From assembly GCA_002633005.1 (NCBI GenBank), contig NMRA01000376.1:66410-130409 (forward strand): a stretch of 64,000 nt of DNA. Reading direction: 5' to 3'. A program made the position numbers and the translations under genes. Of the stretch, positions 40,901 to 54,419 are shown in pieces. The notes beneath the pieces were generated by a model. It had not been told where the DNA came from and made no database searches. It saw only the letters and a program-made list of their open reading frames with translations. The DNA is from Phoronis australis. Its lineage: Eukaryota > Animalia > Phoronida. Numbering within the stretch: position 1 is the first letter of the stretch; the number at the start of each line of letters is the position of its first letter.

Positions 40901-43900
40901 CCATTGAAACAACAAAAAGTTCAATATAATGATGGGTTTAGTTTTTGTAGACCGTCGTGCCTAAAATGGTCACAAAAGAATGTTACCATGAACAGAAAGC
41001 AGCTAACACTGACATCCATCTATCTGTTCCCTAATCTCCAAACGCAAGAAGCCAGTCATAAATGTACAAGCACAATGGTAAAGAACTACACTGTAATATC
41101 AACTGGCAAGAAGCATTAAGAGATGTCGGTTGGGAAATGAGATGTAGCACCTAATGTCTAAATCAAACTGACAATTACTAATTTAATCTTTTGAATGTAA
41201 AGAGTACAATGTTATTATACATACATCCTCCACTTCAAGATTAGGTATCTGCAAATTGACCAATGAAAATTCTTGTTGCAAAGTCCTCGGCTGGTGTGGT
41301 GACACAGATGAACTAGCCCTGTCTATTGTCTGGTCTGTGGGTGTGCATGACAAAGCAAGACCTGGAGAAACAAGAACTCAAAATGAAAGGCAACAACTGA
41401 ACGATTTTAATTAACAGCGTTAACCCACATTTGAATTTCTTCTTCTGATAAATAAGAAATCAAGACAAATCAAAACTTGCCATTGATTATAAGTACAGTG
41501 ATTGTGTTCCAAAATTGTAGTCACAGCTGTGAACCTGAGATGTCATGCCATGAGAATAGCATTTACAGACCTTGGTAAACCAAGACTAGCACTGGAGAGG
41601 TGCTTTACTCCAGTCAAGTAACAAGTCAAGCCTATTCATTAAGACATGCCAAAGCGTGTAAATTTTTGTTAAAAAGTGGTGTGCCAGTAATTATTTCTAC
41701 CAGATTTAGTTTACTGCATTGGAAACACAAAGAGTGAGATAATAAGCTGTGTGTAGGTGATCAGGTTGAGTGGAGTGTAATTCGTAAAATGCAACTTGTA
41801 AGTCATGTGGAGGGGTAATCATGTTTTAAGAGGATCTTCAACAACACACATCTTAGAAAGTCAGGTAGCAATAAAATTATACTAGAGTCAGGGGTCTATA
41901 ATGTTTTTACGCAAAACTCAAAATTATTTTTGGCATTTTCTATTCTACGCTTGTGCAAACTCAAGATAAGATGCCTTTATTAATTTGTGCTCATTGTTTA
42001 CACAATACACTTAATGTCCCCTACATCCATGCTACAAACTGCTGCAAAAGCTTGAAGTTTGGAGAAAGAACTTGACATTTCAAGTTCACACTCAAACTTT
42101 AAGCATTAATGCTGGGGTCACCAAGTGCAAACTAGAATTAAGATATTCACCTATGCCATTACATGCACTCCAGCATATAATAATAGATATTTATCTCGAG
42201 TTTGCACAAAAGTATGGACAATGACAAAAATTATTTCAAATTTGATTTCCACTAAAAAGACCCCAGTTCCAGATCTGTTATCATTTAAGTGCCAGCAGGC
42301 CGCTGCCTTAACTCAAGAACTACACCCTATATCCAACATGACTCACTATCAACATCTTCCTCATCTGAGAGTGAGTCAACACCGAGCCTCATCCCATCTC
42401 CAGGCTACTGCCACAACTGAAGCCCTTCACCTATGTCCAACACATGGTGACTCACCTAATTGATCATCATCCTCTTCTGACAACGAGTCGGCACAAAGCT
42501 CCAGTTCATCTCCAGGTTGTTGCACAGACTCCAGCTCTGCACCTGTGTCCAGCACATCATGACCACAAAGCTGCAAGGCAAGACAATGCATAGTGACTAG
42601 TACGGCCTTATAATTTGGGTAGACCACATGGCAGTGCCTGTGTAGCTCAGTGGTTAGTAAAGTGGACACTCAACTGAAAGGCTGTGGGTTCCATCCCTGC
42701 CTAATGCAGTCACGTGGCTGTGTCCTTGGACAAAGCACTGGACCTGTGTTGCTTCAGTCCACTAAATATGAATGATTACCAGCCAAGGCTGGCACATAAA
42801 CTGCAATAGACCCTCAACCCATCCATTCCAATGCCACTCTACTGAACCAAGAGTCACCAGCCAACATGATGGTGATACTTATTGCTTCCCACAAAGTCCA
42901 AATCAATCACAGTTCATGTTGATTAATACATTCAGTATTAATATGTCCGCCCTTACAATTCCAAAATTTTTGGGGTTTGTTTCAATTACTTGGTGCACGT
43001 GAAAACAGCCCTGAAATCACAAAAAACCTTGGCTTGAAAAAATAACGAACTGTCCGTTCTGGACAAAACCAGAGATCACACCTATCTTGACCAAGGAACA
43101 AAATGAGACGGTTTCCAAGAGTAAGTGGAATGAATCAAAGCCTGTTTTTGACAGAATGCACTTAATACTAGCTTAATGCCGCTTTAAATAGAGGAAAAGC
43201 AGACATACCCTTTGAAGAAATGGTTCAATCTTCCATATTCTGAGGCTCTGATCCCTAGACCACGTCACAAGTTGATAATCGTTTTCATCTGGAATAATTC
43301 AACAAACACTGAAAGGTATGAAACGACGTCAACACTGTTTCCACATGGTCAACCAAAGAGATGGTAGCTCTTTCCTTATTTTCTCAGTTGACAACTTTGT
43401 AAAAGGGCCGAAAATCAATCTTAACGAGGCTCTATCAATGTGTCATCAAATGTGTTCAAAGAATTAAACACGTTTTCAAAAAAAAAAATAACTTGAATTT
43501 CTGATGTTGCACTAACAAAATGCCTGCCAGTTTTTAAAATGAATTGAAATTTTTCAGTCACGATTGATTGGTTTTGAGTTGTTTAGAATTGAAACTAGGA
43601 AAGATTTTGCAGGTTTCCATAAATAATGACAATGTTTTCTACAAACACATTGAGGTCATTGGCATTCACTTGCTAAAGATTCAGACTTTTTTGGGATACC
43701 GCTTTAATTTCAACCAACACATTGTGGTTTTTGAGGATTTCTTATACAACCTAGATCAAAGATCATGATTGGTTTCAATGTATAAATTACATTAAAATAT
43801 ATTGGTTTCATTTGAATTTTATCATCTTATACATCAAACTTGCCATACATAAAGTACTCTGGCATTTGTTAACAATGGCTCCTTCTACCTCCAAAACTTA

Positions 43901-46900
43901 CAAAGATACAGCGACGTAAACCTCCTTAAAATTTAGGATTTCTGAAAATGTTCAATGGCTTTCTGTACCTGATGGAGGCAAATTTTTAAACCAAAACACA
44001 ATGTGAGGTGACTCAATACATAATCACACAGCACCAAACCAACACAGCCTCTCCTACAAAAATGTTATCCTGGGCTTTTCTCATAAACAAGGCACTTTTA
44101 AAAACATGATTTTACTGTTGGGTAAACAGTTTATTTCGTGTCAGAACTTTGTATCGAAAAGATTGCTATCGAGCACTTTTATTAAGTCCATCAAACATTA
44201 TTATTTGAGTAAAAAGTATAGGACTCACAAAAATTCAAATTTCAAATTAAAAAGATGGTGTAGCTTTCACATTATTTTAACCAGCAGGATTAAGCATTCG
44301 TGGGCGTGTCTGACCGCGTGTTCTTTTGTAAAATGTAGAAACGGAAAAAAAACAGTCTCACTTACTCTGGTCTTTATTCCTCCACTGAAACTCCAGCACT
44401 ACGTCACTGTGTCCTACAAACGTGTGCGCTGGCTGTGTCAGATCCTCTAGGCACCACAAGAACAAACTGTTCTCCCCACGCCGTAGCTGCGGCACATTGA
44501 CTGACACCAGACCCTGGCCAAATGGCTGCAATAGGGGCACAAGTGGTACCGTTCAAAAATACAGGAAAAATACAAATAGAAGCTGTACTTTCTTTCCACC
44601 ACAGATTATGCGCAGTGAACCGTGAATAACCTAGAGATGAATTCGGGCAATCGATTCACGACTAGTCTTTTTGTCAGAGCTGGTTACATCAAATGCATCA
44701 GTGTGCTCTGGGTATTACAGGCTATTACCTGATGTTATCAGAACTGGCTTGAGCCTGTTACTCCTGTTTCATAACACTACTCTCACTATGCCAATGGTGG
44801 GTTGCGGGGGATCAAACAGGTTCTGATGTGAAACCAAAAAATAGAATGATAATGAACATTATACATGATTAGGAGCTTACAGACAAGACGGTGTATTTTG
44901 CCGAATATCTACTATAGACTTTTAACTCAGCAGTAAAAGCATATATTCTCTGAAATTAGAAAGCCAGAAGAATTTGTCTACTTTTCGTAAATTTAACAAA
45001 AAAGATAACCAAACAATGGTGTCAAATAATGTAACCAAATTTTGGTTTTTATAAATGTTCAAGATGAAATTTCAGAAAGTCTGTTTCAGTTTTCTGAATT
45101 ATCATTTCGTTAGCTTTTACTTTTTTCATAAAAATAAAATTCTATTTTGATACCATAAGCGAAACATTTTATTACTAAGCATTTGCAGAACAATTCAAAA
45201 AGTACAGTTAAGTTTCATACAAATCCAATCAGCCATTTCTGAAATATGATGTGAGCCAAAGATGCACATCTCCACGGTCCTACATAACCTAAAGTCTGGT
45301 ATGAAACTGACAGAGTGTGCTTAAAATTTCCTTGCCACAGCAGCTTTGTTTTTAGATGTTATTAGAAAATAGACTTGAGACTTTAAAGAAGTGGAACAAA
45401 TTTTACAAGAGCTGATCAGCACTCTGAAATTCAAATATAGAATCAGAATCACTTACAATACATGGTTTATTATCGCCATGGAGATGAGCAAGAACCTACT
45501 TAACTTGACGGCCTGTTTTGCAATTTCAATACACCACACAACGAAAGAACGTCAAATATCCACCACGCAACAGAGACTCCTGTTGCCAGACAGAAATTAC
45601 GCTGGCAGAACTAAGATATTACGTGAGAAGTCTAACTGCAGCCAATGTTTGTGATACCCCTGAAAATGACATCCTTCCCTCCCTTTCTTGAACCAGGCAC
45701 AACCTGCATGCATCAGCGTGTACTTACAGTGAACCTAGCCCGCCAAACTGGGCTGCTGGAAGACAGCATAGCTTCGTGCTTCTTGGGACTGTCTATGTTC
45801 CACAACTGCGGAGAAATCAAATGAAACTTATGGAAGAAACAAGTGTTGAAAATACTGGAAAACGTATCTACTAGGTTAAAGCGTGAATCTGTAGATTGTA
45901 CACACGGTCTAAAACTTCTTGTTATGAGTTGTTTGATGAACTAGTAGGTCAACCAATACAAGCTTTCTGTCAACCACTTACTGTATCAGTTGGAAGATTA
46001 ATCTCAGCTTTTTGTTTTAGTAATTAGATTAGAAATGACTTCTGGGTTTGAGAAGAATTGATTTGCTTCAGATCAAACCCACTAAGGTAGTTGCCACAGC
46101 AGATTAGCATGGATGTCAGGGCAATTTCCACGCCATTTTTCTAACAAATTTCAATCATCTGCAAATTCTAAGCCACTATGCAGACAAGTTATCCACTCCA
46201 AGCCCAAAATTGGTGTAAATAAGTATTTACAGACATGCTCAGCAAAGTAGTTACCGTTTGGAACACAAGTCTACCTACTGTTTGCAAAACAAAACATTAC
46301 CTAGTGGTAGATGAAAGTCCTCAATAAACCAAAACACAGAGCTGGGTGCTAACGAACGCAGAAACATTCAATTGATGAAAGAAGTCGACAGTATATGTCG
46401 AAATATCAACATGTTCCAGACAAATGTCTTATTTCCCACGCCATTTAAGCAACACCACCTTTGCAACAAAGTTGATGTCGTGATTTGAAAGGAGGTCAAA
46501 GTTAAACTTACCTACTAACAAAGTTTTAAGTCACTGTAATTCTGTAGTCTTTGACGGTTTATTCTAGCAGAAGAGGAAACAGAAAAAGGGATCATGGGGT
46601 TTTTGGAACTGGTCTTTTTTAATGACAAATTTCTTTAATTTTGAAGGAACCATCAACACAACAGTGTTATGTTACAATCCAGACATGTTTGAAACAGCTG
46701 TGAAATAGCACATTCCAAATATGTTTGAAAACAGTCATTCGTCTTTGAGAAAACCAGAAGCAAAACCAGCAGACTTGAGTAGCACAGGTTTCTAACTTGT
46801 GTCAACTGACAACTCACTTTGACTGTACAGTCTTGGCTGGACGTGGCGAGACAACTGTAGTTGAAGGGACTCCAGTCCAAACCGTGAATTTTGGACAGGT

Positions 46901-49900
46901 GACCTGCGATATACTGCACAGGAGACGTCTGCTTCTGAAAACATCAAGAAATTGGAATTCATTACAGAACCAATACTCTTTACTGTCTAGTGTAATTCTG
47001 TAAGTAAGACTTATTGGTCTTCTCACACATATGGTCACGATCAGGGAGAGCAGGGAGAGCAGGAAGAGATCTTTTCAGACTATAGGTCTCACAGGGCATG
47101 TACGAAAACTAATCATTCTTACTTATACGATATCAACGCTCTGATTTATGACAATACAACTGAACACTAAGTGTGCGAATATTACATTCTGTCACATAAG
47201 GTTTCTGAAGGACATATATCCCCACATACCCTGGGGTCCCAGATCCTGATGTCTGTGTCGTGGGCTGTTGCAATGAGATTTGGGGACACTCTATTCCACT
47301 TGATCTGGGATGAGCCAGCCACAGCTTGCAATGATATGCTCGGCTTTCGAGTATCCCTGAAACAAAACCAAGTTCAACTTTGATGACCAATACAAATCGG
47401 TTCACGGAGTTTCGTAGTCTGGCTGTAGGTTTTAATGATAAGAGTATACTAAAACAAAGTCATGAAAACATTCTCTTGTTTTACTCAAGATTAGTTGTAA
47501 TACGCTTAAGGAAACCACGTTCACTGGGGGGGTCTGGGCATGGTGGAATGAAAACAATTAAAATGCACTCAGACGGTGGTTAACAACCAAGGTATGTTAA
47601 GATACAAACCCTACAGCAGAGCCACCTGAAGTATAACAAGCACTTGTCATGTCGTGCCAAAATGTCTGAACCACATGCATAAAAGTAATAACACATACCT
47701 CATGTCCCATATAAAAGTGAACGTGTCTGCAGAGCACGTGGCCAACACATGGGGGTCAAATGGCGACCACTCCAAGTCACTACAAGTAAGTACGGTTTGA
47801 AAGGCATGAGTTGCTAGCAAATAGAACTCAGTGTTAAATCGTGGATTGTGAGAAAACTATTACTGAAGGTAATTAAATATTCACCTATTCACTACAACAT
47901 GTGACAAATAAGTAAAAGTTGAATGCCTTTATTTTTAAATAAATAAAATACATGCTGGAATGCTGTACAGTTACCGATGGATAAGAATATAAAATAGTAA
48001 AAATAGTAAAATTAAAACGACGAGCGATGGAGGGGAATATTTTAATATATTTTAGTACTGATGCTTGTTGCTTTATTTTTACTATATTCTTTTATTTTTG
48101 GGGAAGTCACTAACGTAGGTCCAGGATTTTTAGAACCGGATTGATGCCCACGGAGGAAACCCATTCTCAAAATGTGGGACTCCTGCAAGTGACCATTACA
48201 GACCATTTTCCCATCAAAACTATGCAGTTTTATATCATCAACAATGGGTATAGTATCACCGTCAAAATTACATCTAGTATGGAAGGCAGCCCTTCAAAAT
48301 GGATAAATGACACTTTGGACAATAAGCTAATGTGTGACGTAACAGCAAAAATACAGGGAGTAACTGTACTTAAAGATACCAACATCCGTGAAATAATGTT
48401 ATTCATAAAACAATGGCTTCTACTATTATTACAAGTTAAAATTCTTCAATTACTGCTTCTATGGCTGTCTATTAGCTGGAACTTTGCCAAGTATTTTGAA
48501 TACTCACTGTGACAACATAAACTTGACGCATGACACAATAACATTCATAATATATTTTATTGCGAAAAAACATCTATTTCAGTAGCTTAATAGTTTTAGT
48601 CATAAAGTATGTGAACTTTGGCAAGGTTGATAAAGTACTAGTCAGTGATTTGTAGTTCAATGAACTCACCTGATGACCCTTGTGTGACCTTTCAGTGTTG
48701 CCTTGGTAGTGACCTGGACAGTCTCCCACTCCATCACCTCAGCCACCTGGTTTGTCTGCATCAAGACATGACTGTTATACAAACGTGTTTTCAATAGTTT
48801 AATAATTGTAGAAGCATTAAGAACAAGTGAAAAGATGCACAAAAACACCCAATAGCCATTTTCTAAATGTGGAGGCGACATGATGAAATACGCCTTGTCA
48901 CTAGATGGCGATAGGGTAGTTAGTGGAGAGAACAGCTGCATAAATGATCACGGGTGAAATTCTGTCCCCCAATTTCACACTGTTAAACTGAACTCCCACA
49001 AGGTAAGAGCCTAAACGTATAACTGAACAAAAAATTTGCAAACAGTAGGTATTTTATAGAACATTTCACTTATAATTTTTTCTGGAATCTACAGTGATTG
49101 ATGGAAAGCGTTGTTTGACATTCAACGAGGAAAATATTCCCCTTGAGCTAAAAAACCCAATTAATATCTTCAACTCTAGACACAGAGAGCCAGATTTTTC
49201 ACTTTCAAAAAACAGACAAATCCGTGGTGAATGATTATGGGTTTTTCATAAATTAGTGAACCATTCAAAATAAATTAACTTACAGGTAATTAGTCATTGT
49301 AGAAAACAGGTTAGCTCTTTGGGCAAATTTCACCACTGACAGCTCCAGTACAAAGTGTTTCTCAAGCAAGAGCCAGAAAAACAACAATACTCTGAGATTG
49401 AAAAAATGTAACACTTGAAAATGTCAGTTGCAAAACAACGATCCAATGAGTTAGGCAACACTATTAAACAAAAAATAATGAAAATTTGATTTTATCCGGA
49501 AATTCATACAGTACTTCTGTTAGAAATGAGTACTTCTGCAAAAGAAGCCCGGTTCAATAAAGTCTACCTCTTTGTGGTTATTGCGAAAATGAGGGTCCAC
49601 ATATCACAGTCATACCTCCTTGGTGGACTGCACCATGGGTACTTACGGAAAGCACAAAACAGGCTGAATGTGCTTGATGAGGATTGAACTGTAGTGACCC
49701 GACTTCCCATTTACTTTGACGACTAACTTTCTTGATGTCGTCCAATGGCTGGTCAAGATTAACTAGAGCCAACGCCCTCTTTCTATCAATAAGAACAATA
49801 GATGGCAAAATAAATGAATGGAACAGTTTATTAGATAAAAAGTGACAAAAATCAAAAAAATATTCAGTGATATCAACTCAAATAACAAAGAAACATTACA

Positions 49901-52900
49901 GAGCCAAATGTTTAACTCTGATGAAACTCACACAAATCAGATATGCATCAGTTAGACCTTGGCCTAACTGGACAAAATTCAACCATATGGCTGTTCTAGT
50001 TTGTGTATTCTGATAGACAGGACCATATTCCCGAGCTGTCACCCCAGAAGTTTTTCTGAAAATTTCTGTTCGCCCTGGCTAAACCATAAACTTTATGATG
50101 GTTTTTAATAGCATTCACGTGTAGAGTCTCTAGATTTTGTTAGCAAACAACAACTCGTAAGGTCAAAGAGGCCATAAACATCAACGGTCAGCGCCCCCTC
50201 TTGAACCGGGTCAGAGGACTCCACTTACCCCATGAACCTGTTTCTGTTTTATTGGATAATAATGTGCACAGCACAATTTAACTTTTGACAGATTTTCAAT
50301 CCAATGACTTGAAATGTCCACTATTTGATAACCCACAAATCCAGAAAAATTAAGCCAAAGCAATGTCCTTAACTTCAAGGCTTTTTGACCGAACAAAAGT
50401 AAATGTCAATACTTACGATGCCAGCATCGCATACTGTCCTGCGTAGTCGACAGTCATACAGCTGGCCTGTAATATGAAGTACTTAATTGTCAGTTAAGGG
50501 ACTGGTACTGTTCACCAATGAACTGTTCAAACACAGTAATGCACCATAATCATGTTCAAAAAGTTTTGAGTCATGTCTATAAATTTTGAGCCATGTGTAA
50601 AAAGCCTGAAAGTTTTCTGCTTAGTTCGTTACTGCTGAGGGAGCAGACTCTACAAGTTGGCTTGTCATGGGGCGTCATATGGAAAGCATGGTCTGTACGA
50701 ATGACTGTTAGTTCTCATAAAAACAAGTTGAAACCAATCTTATGGCAGTATGTGGTCTGAATCAAAAGTTTGAATCTTAGACAAAATGTGGCTTTACAGC
50801 CGCGTTATTTTCATTCTTTTGCTGAAAAATGATAGAGACCTCACAATGCTCAGCAAGTTAAACTAATATGTAACAGCAGCTCTTTCTATGAATTAGCAAA
50901 AGGCAGAAATAAGCCCATGGATGCATTGCACAAAATTTGCCAATACTCAGCTGTGAAACAGAGATGGGCCATAAGAGCATATTTCACAAACTTGTGAAAT
51001 GGACATACAACAAATGAATGGGGAAAATACTTGCTGAGTGTGTTAGTATTAACAAAAGTGAATTCCCTCGACATACTTAAGGAACCGCGAACAATCAAAC
51101 CACTTATATTTGGCCTCTTTTTACCTTTCTCTAACAATGATGAATCAAATCGTCTGCCATCTTACAATCTCAGTTTTTAATCTAATAACGTCACGTAATG
51201 ACCCAAATGCCAGCCAATCAGCCAAGTGAATGCTTCAGTTCCTGACTTCACAAAAATGTAAGTGGCAGAGTGACAAGTGAATAGTAAGAAGTTAAATCTG
51301 CGAGTGAATAAGTTCTTTCAAAGGGCTTGATTTCCATGCAGTTATATTCGCCGTAGTATTTCTGCAGATAAATGTGTTCAAGTGATTGCAATTTTGACGT
51401 GTGCAGGTTAACATTTGATGTTTAACTTAAGTGAGATATGTATAACTTAATTCTACATTTTCAATGTACATACGGACTTACAACCCTGTTTAAGGGTTGG
51501 TTTACCGACTAGTATGACACTAGTGTTACTGAACTCTACCCAGCAGTTCTGGCAAGGTTCGCAATCATGCCACAATGTGACATGTGTGATTACCTGCTGC
51601 TTGACCTTCAACCTGGGTCAGACAATAATTACCCAGATTGAAGACCAAGCAAAAGTAAATCACAGCGATGACCACGAGCGAATGGAGATAGCAACCTCCG
51701 CAGACTTTTGACACATCTATATCTAACTTCCTGAGCATCGTTTGTGTGCAATGCCAATGGCATAATGCAGGGTAGAGTTCAGAGAGACGGGGAAATTCGG
51801 ACACTGGGGGGGAAATTCGGACAGAGCGTAGGGGAAACTTGGACTAGTATAGGTAAAATTCGGACAAAATCAACCCAACCACGGATAAGCGCTTATTGCC
51901 ACGCTTCTTTCTACTCAAATTTTGTTCGCGATAGCTTCAGCGACATCTGTTAACGAAGCTGGCAACCTGTGCTGCTCTGAGCTGACTTCGTGTTTGTATA
52001 TATTCGTGTTTTTATAGACCAACATATTTGTGACATCAGATTTCGTTATTGGTTCAAATATTAATCTTTTAAGCTTATTTGCAGTTTTGGAAAAGATCTA
52101 TGATAATGAGAGCAAATCTTCTGGTGTCCAATAGAGTTCGGTGGTGTCAATACTGAACAATTAGTGAGACACATGGAACTTTTTATTATCATTATTCAAA
52201 TACAATTCTGTAAGTACAAAATGTGGGACACGGTGCAAGTGGCAAAAGTCCATTGTTGCAGAGGGCAACTGTGCTGCTTTCGTTGACTTTTCTTTTCAGC
52301 ACTTCCCAGTATTAAATGTGTGATGGGATGCCCGAGTGCGGCGATTGTAGCAGATGGCAACCGTGTTACTTTACCCAGCTTTCCTTCTCAGCACATCGCC
52401 GTTTTTCTTCTATATGACGTCTGACGTGAGCAGCTTATGAGTGGTCGATCCCATCCTCCTTTTGGTCAGCTCTCAACTGGTCAGCGAAGGAGGCAGGAAT
52501 ACTTCTCCGACAGCGTTGCCCAAATCCGCGTCAGAACTTGATGCTGCTTTCAGAGGACCAAACACCGTTCTGTCCAGGGGCAGGAGAGTGTGTGTGCAAT
52601 GTCATAGTAGAAGGGACAGCAACAAGATATTTTCTGCCATAGCCCTTTCTATTATAGCAATCGATTCATGAGAAGAGTGGCCATCAAAATTAAGCATTCC
52701 GGACCACAAAACTTGAGGAAGATTTCCACAAACCACTTTTCCACTATGTCCTCATCAATCCAGCCATTCTTTTGGGAGGTCCACACGCAATCATTTGGAG
52801 CTGCAGCCACGTTGTATCCATGAAGAGACCGGTTTGTTTTTCCTTTCGTAATTACCATCGGCGGCATTCTATTGCCGGCAGCGCTGACACACGCCATCAC

Positions 52901-54308
52901 CTTAGTTAATGTTTGGATAATAAGTAACATAGCTTGTCCCAATTTTTGCACTGGCTTTGGGTGCAGGATACCATTTTAAACAAAGCGCGGATGTAGTCTA
53001 CCCCAGCCGACTCCACCCAGCGGCGGATCCCTGCATCTCTACATTTTAAGCTGGGTGTGTGCATGTGGCGAAATTCTGGTTATTCCTGTGTCCTGGCCGC
53101 CCTAACTCAAAATCCTGGACCCGCCCTGCCACCTACGCACCTGCTGCGGTTAAGTGTCGGTACAAGGGCCAACCACTGTGGCTTTACATGAGAGTGTATA
53201 CAGGTTATTGTTTTTGAGAATATTTCAAACAATTTTATAATTTATCAGTTTCAGCTTGAAGCGAATAACATCTTTAAAATTTGACGACTTGTCATGTCCA
53301 CCGTTTAACGATGTGACAGCCGGTATGCAGCCGACTAGGAAAATGTGAGTATTTCACATGACGAACAGCGCCATCATTGTTGAATATTTAAATCATGAAT
53401 TGACCTCTTTTACATGAAAAGGTTATCACGTGAGTTTGAAAAATCTCGTGGATTCAAAAACGGCGCCTTGCACTGGCATCCGAATTTTACCGCAGCTTAT
53501 AAAAAGTTGGAGGGGAAATTTGGACACTCAATTTTTATCATATCATGCTTTTTTGTATGTTTTTTAATTAAAATTAACACAGAAAACAGGATATCCATGC
53601 ATTAGGCGTCTTGTAAATCCAAATGCAATTGCACGTCAAGCAGTCATGTGATCTAAATATAACTTGTAAATGGCAGTGTACCTACTGCAGACTTTCAAGA
53701 TCGCGAAGAGAAGCAGACGTCAAATCGAGGAATGGTGATGAGCATGCATCAAATGTCCTGAAACCTTGTTGCAATTCAAAGATACATAATAAAAAAAATC
53801 ATACTATTGTTAAATGAAACGAGGAAGCTTTTCATTTATAAGAAAGGGTGGGTATAGGTGGTGATTTATTTGACATTCATTTAGATTCGTCCGAATTTTA
53901 CTGCTGTCCGAGTTTCCCCAAACTACCCCTACCCACTTTTTTACTTTCGATGTATCCTAGAGGTAGGCTATATGCACTTTCATCATCAGATATTAAGACT
54001 ACTAACAGGGCAACTCGCAGGAGCAACCACAATTCCGTTCAGCACACCCATGCCAGAACAAACGCCTACAAATTGGACAAGACAAGGTATGTTTTACTTT
54101 CTTTCAAGCTAACATCTCTGCCTGGTAGATGGAAATAAGCTCAATGTTTTGTGCACGTTTGAGTCCGGTCACGTGAAATCATCTGATACTTGCACCGAAG
54201 CTCATCCTCTATTCTCATATCCATCAATCACCTTAATAAGTTCAAACCAACCTGCAATTCGCGATATTCTGCAGCAACATACTCTGCACTCCATCTCACC
54301 GCCGCCAT
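16988..54308 (-). CDS. WDR59: GATOR2 complex protein WDR59 (WD40 repeats, RWD domain, C-terminal zinc-binding/RING region), 26 coding exons, ~960 aa
   Basis: GT-AG, phase-consistent exons: 54308-54252, 50466-50417, 49782-49647, 48755-48670, 47779-47699, 47356-47230, 46934-46818, 45805-45728, 44525-44366, 43288-43209, 42570-42456, 41361-41225, 40512-40348, 39618-39523, 35042-34907, 34087-34021, 33340-33217, 32564-32404, 30459-30378, 29117-29005, 28087-27937, 25223-25169 (least certain), 19567-19453, 18880-18738, 17959-17852, 17130-16988; total 2883 nt. Diagnostic peptides: MAAVRWSAEYVAAEYRELQ, GHLSKIHGLDW, PQLRRGENSL, TLQQEFSLVN, FPAQYPN, VPFPRTSGAKFCG, PWAHHPFGR, DVQTLA, CGHGGH..H..EWF....CPTGCGC. 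Confidence 0.96.
19050..19410. mobile_element. Foldback/MITE-like element in a WDR59 intron
   Basis: ~80-bp imperfect TIRs (TTATTAAAATGA..TTTTCGAGC.TCAAAGTGG versus its complement) around three degenerate copies of CCTA.ATTAATATAA.GGCCCC. Confidence 0.6.
24091..24240. mobile_element. Palindromic MITE family C
   Basis: TGGATGCACTTGAT...ATCAAGTGCAGCCA with inner CTAAGACATCTGATTGGTT / AACCAATCAGATATCTTAG arms. Confidence 0.7.
26263..26370. mobile_element. Palindromic MITE family D
   Basis: Perfect 11-bp TIR GTAATAGTCAC/GTGACTATTAC; second copy at 16721. Confidence 0.65.
26930..27436. mobile_element. Kolobok-like non-autonomous element (TTAA TSD)
   Basis: TTAA-GGTTATGTAGGACC ... GGTCCCACATACCC-TTAA; purine-purine termini with a TTAA duplication. 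Confidence 0.75.
29294..29600. mobile_element. MITE with CCCGGGGG-type TIRs
   Basis: TTCCAGGGGGTTCTCCC ... GGGAGTGAGCCCCCGGGAA imperfect inverted termini. Confidence 0.5.
29625..30128. mobile_element. hAT-like MITE family A (6-bp TSD)
   Basis: Perfect TIR CAGGGCTTGGAAT/ATTCCAAGCCCTG, exact TGTCAT duplication on both sides, GCGGAAA subterminal repeats. Confidence 0.85.
32682..32772. repeat. Minisatellite, ~6 x 15 bp
   Basis: Unit GCT(C/T)(G/A)(T/C)GACAATATT repeated in tandem without spacers. Confidence 0.9.
36667..39407 (+). mobile_element. Ty3/Gypsy LTR retrotransposon (Mag-like), non-autonomous, RT/RNase H deleted; antisense in WDR59 intron 14
   Basis: TG..CA LTRs at 36667-36802 and 39300-39407; CACAC TSD; PBS TGGTGACCTCAACGTGAT (36803-36820); PPT AAGAGGGGAGA. 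Frameshifted gag with double zinc knuckle (CTKCGYMHPPKRCPAFGKKC..HF..CC), protease IDTGAQVNLL, integrase core (IVGLDVF..IVDY, IVSDQGTQY, NGRCER). Confidence 0.93.
42636..42790 (+). mobile_element. tRNA-derived SINE with CORE-like domain
   Basis: A-box TAGCTCAGTGG, B-box-like GGTTCCATCCC, then GTGTCCTTGGACAAAGCACT...TGCTTCAGTCCAC, resembling the CORE-SINE consensus. Confidence 0.75.
51770..53929 (-). mobile_element. pogo/Fot1-like (Tc1-mariner) DNA transposon with decayed DDE_1 transposase, in WDR59 intron 1
   Basis: Transposase remnants VMACVSAAGNRMPPMVI, NGWIDEDIVEKWF, DGHSSH, THTLLPLDRTVFGPLK (~52540-52910). Inverted ends GGGTAG..GGGGAAA(T/C)TCGGACA with repeated subterminal copies; TA at the right flank. 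Confidence 0.85.
53018..53128 (+). mobile_element. MITE family B nested in the pogo element
   Basis: CAGCGGCGGATCC...GGACCCGCCCTG flanked by an exact CCACC 5-bp duplication. Confidence 0.8.
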
Positions 54309-54419
54309 GTTGCTCTCTAACCCCACCTACCGGTACGAAACCTCATCCCTGATGCAGCCGCGAAAGACCGTAGTGCCCTAAGGGGAGGGAGGTAGGGAGG
54401 TAGGGACTTTTACATTAAG

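Noticed and set aside
42636-42705. tRNA gene
   Set aside because: Degenerate cloverleaf followed by a CORE-like domain; it is the head of a SINE.
51594-51737. Signal-anchor-like exon (MLRKLDID...VEGQAA|GT) in WDR59 intron 1
   Set aside because: Its phase-1 donor is incompatible with phase-0 exon 2 and I found no partner exons.
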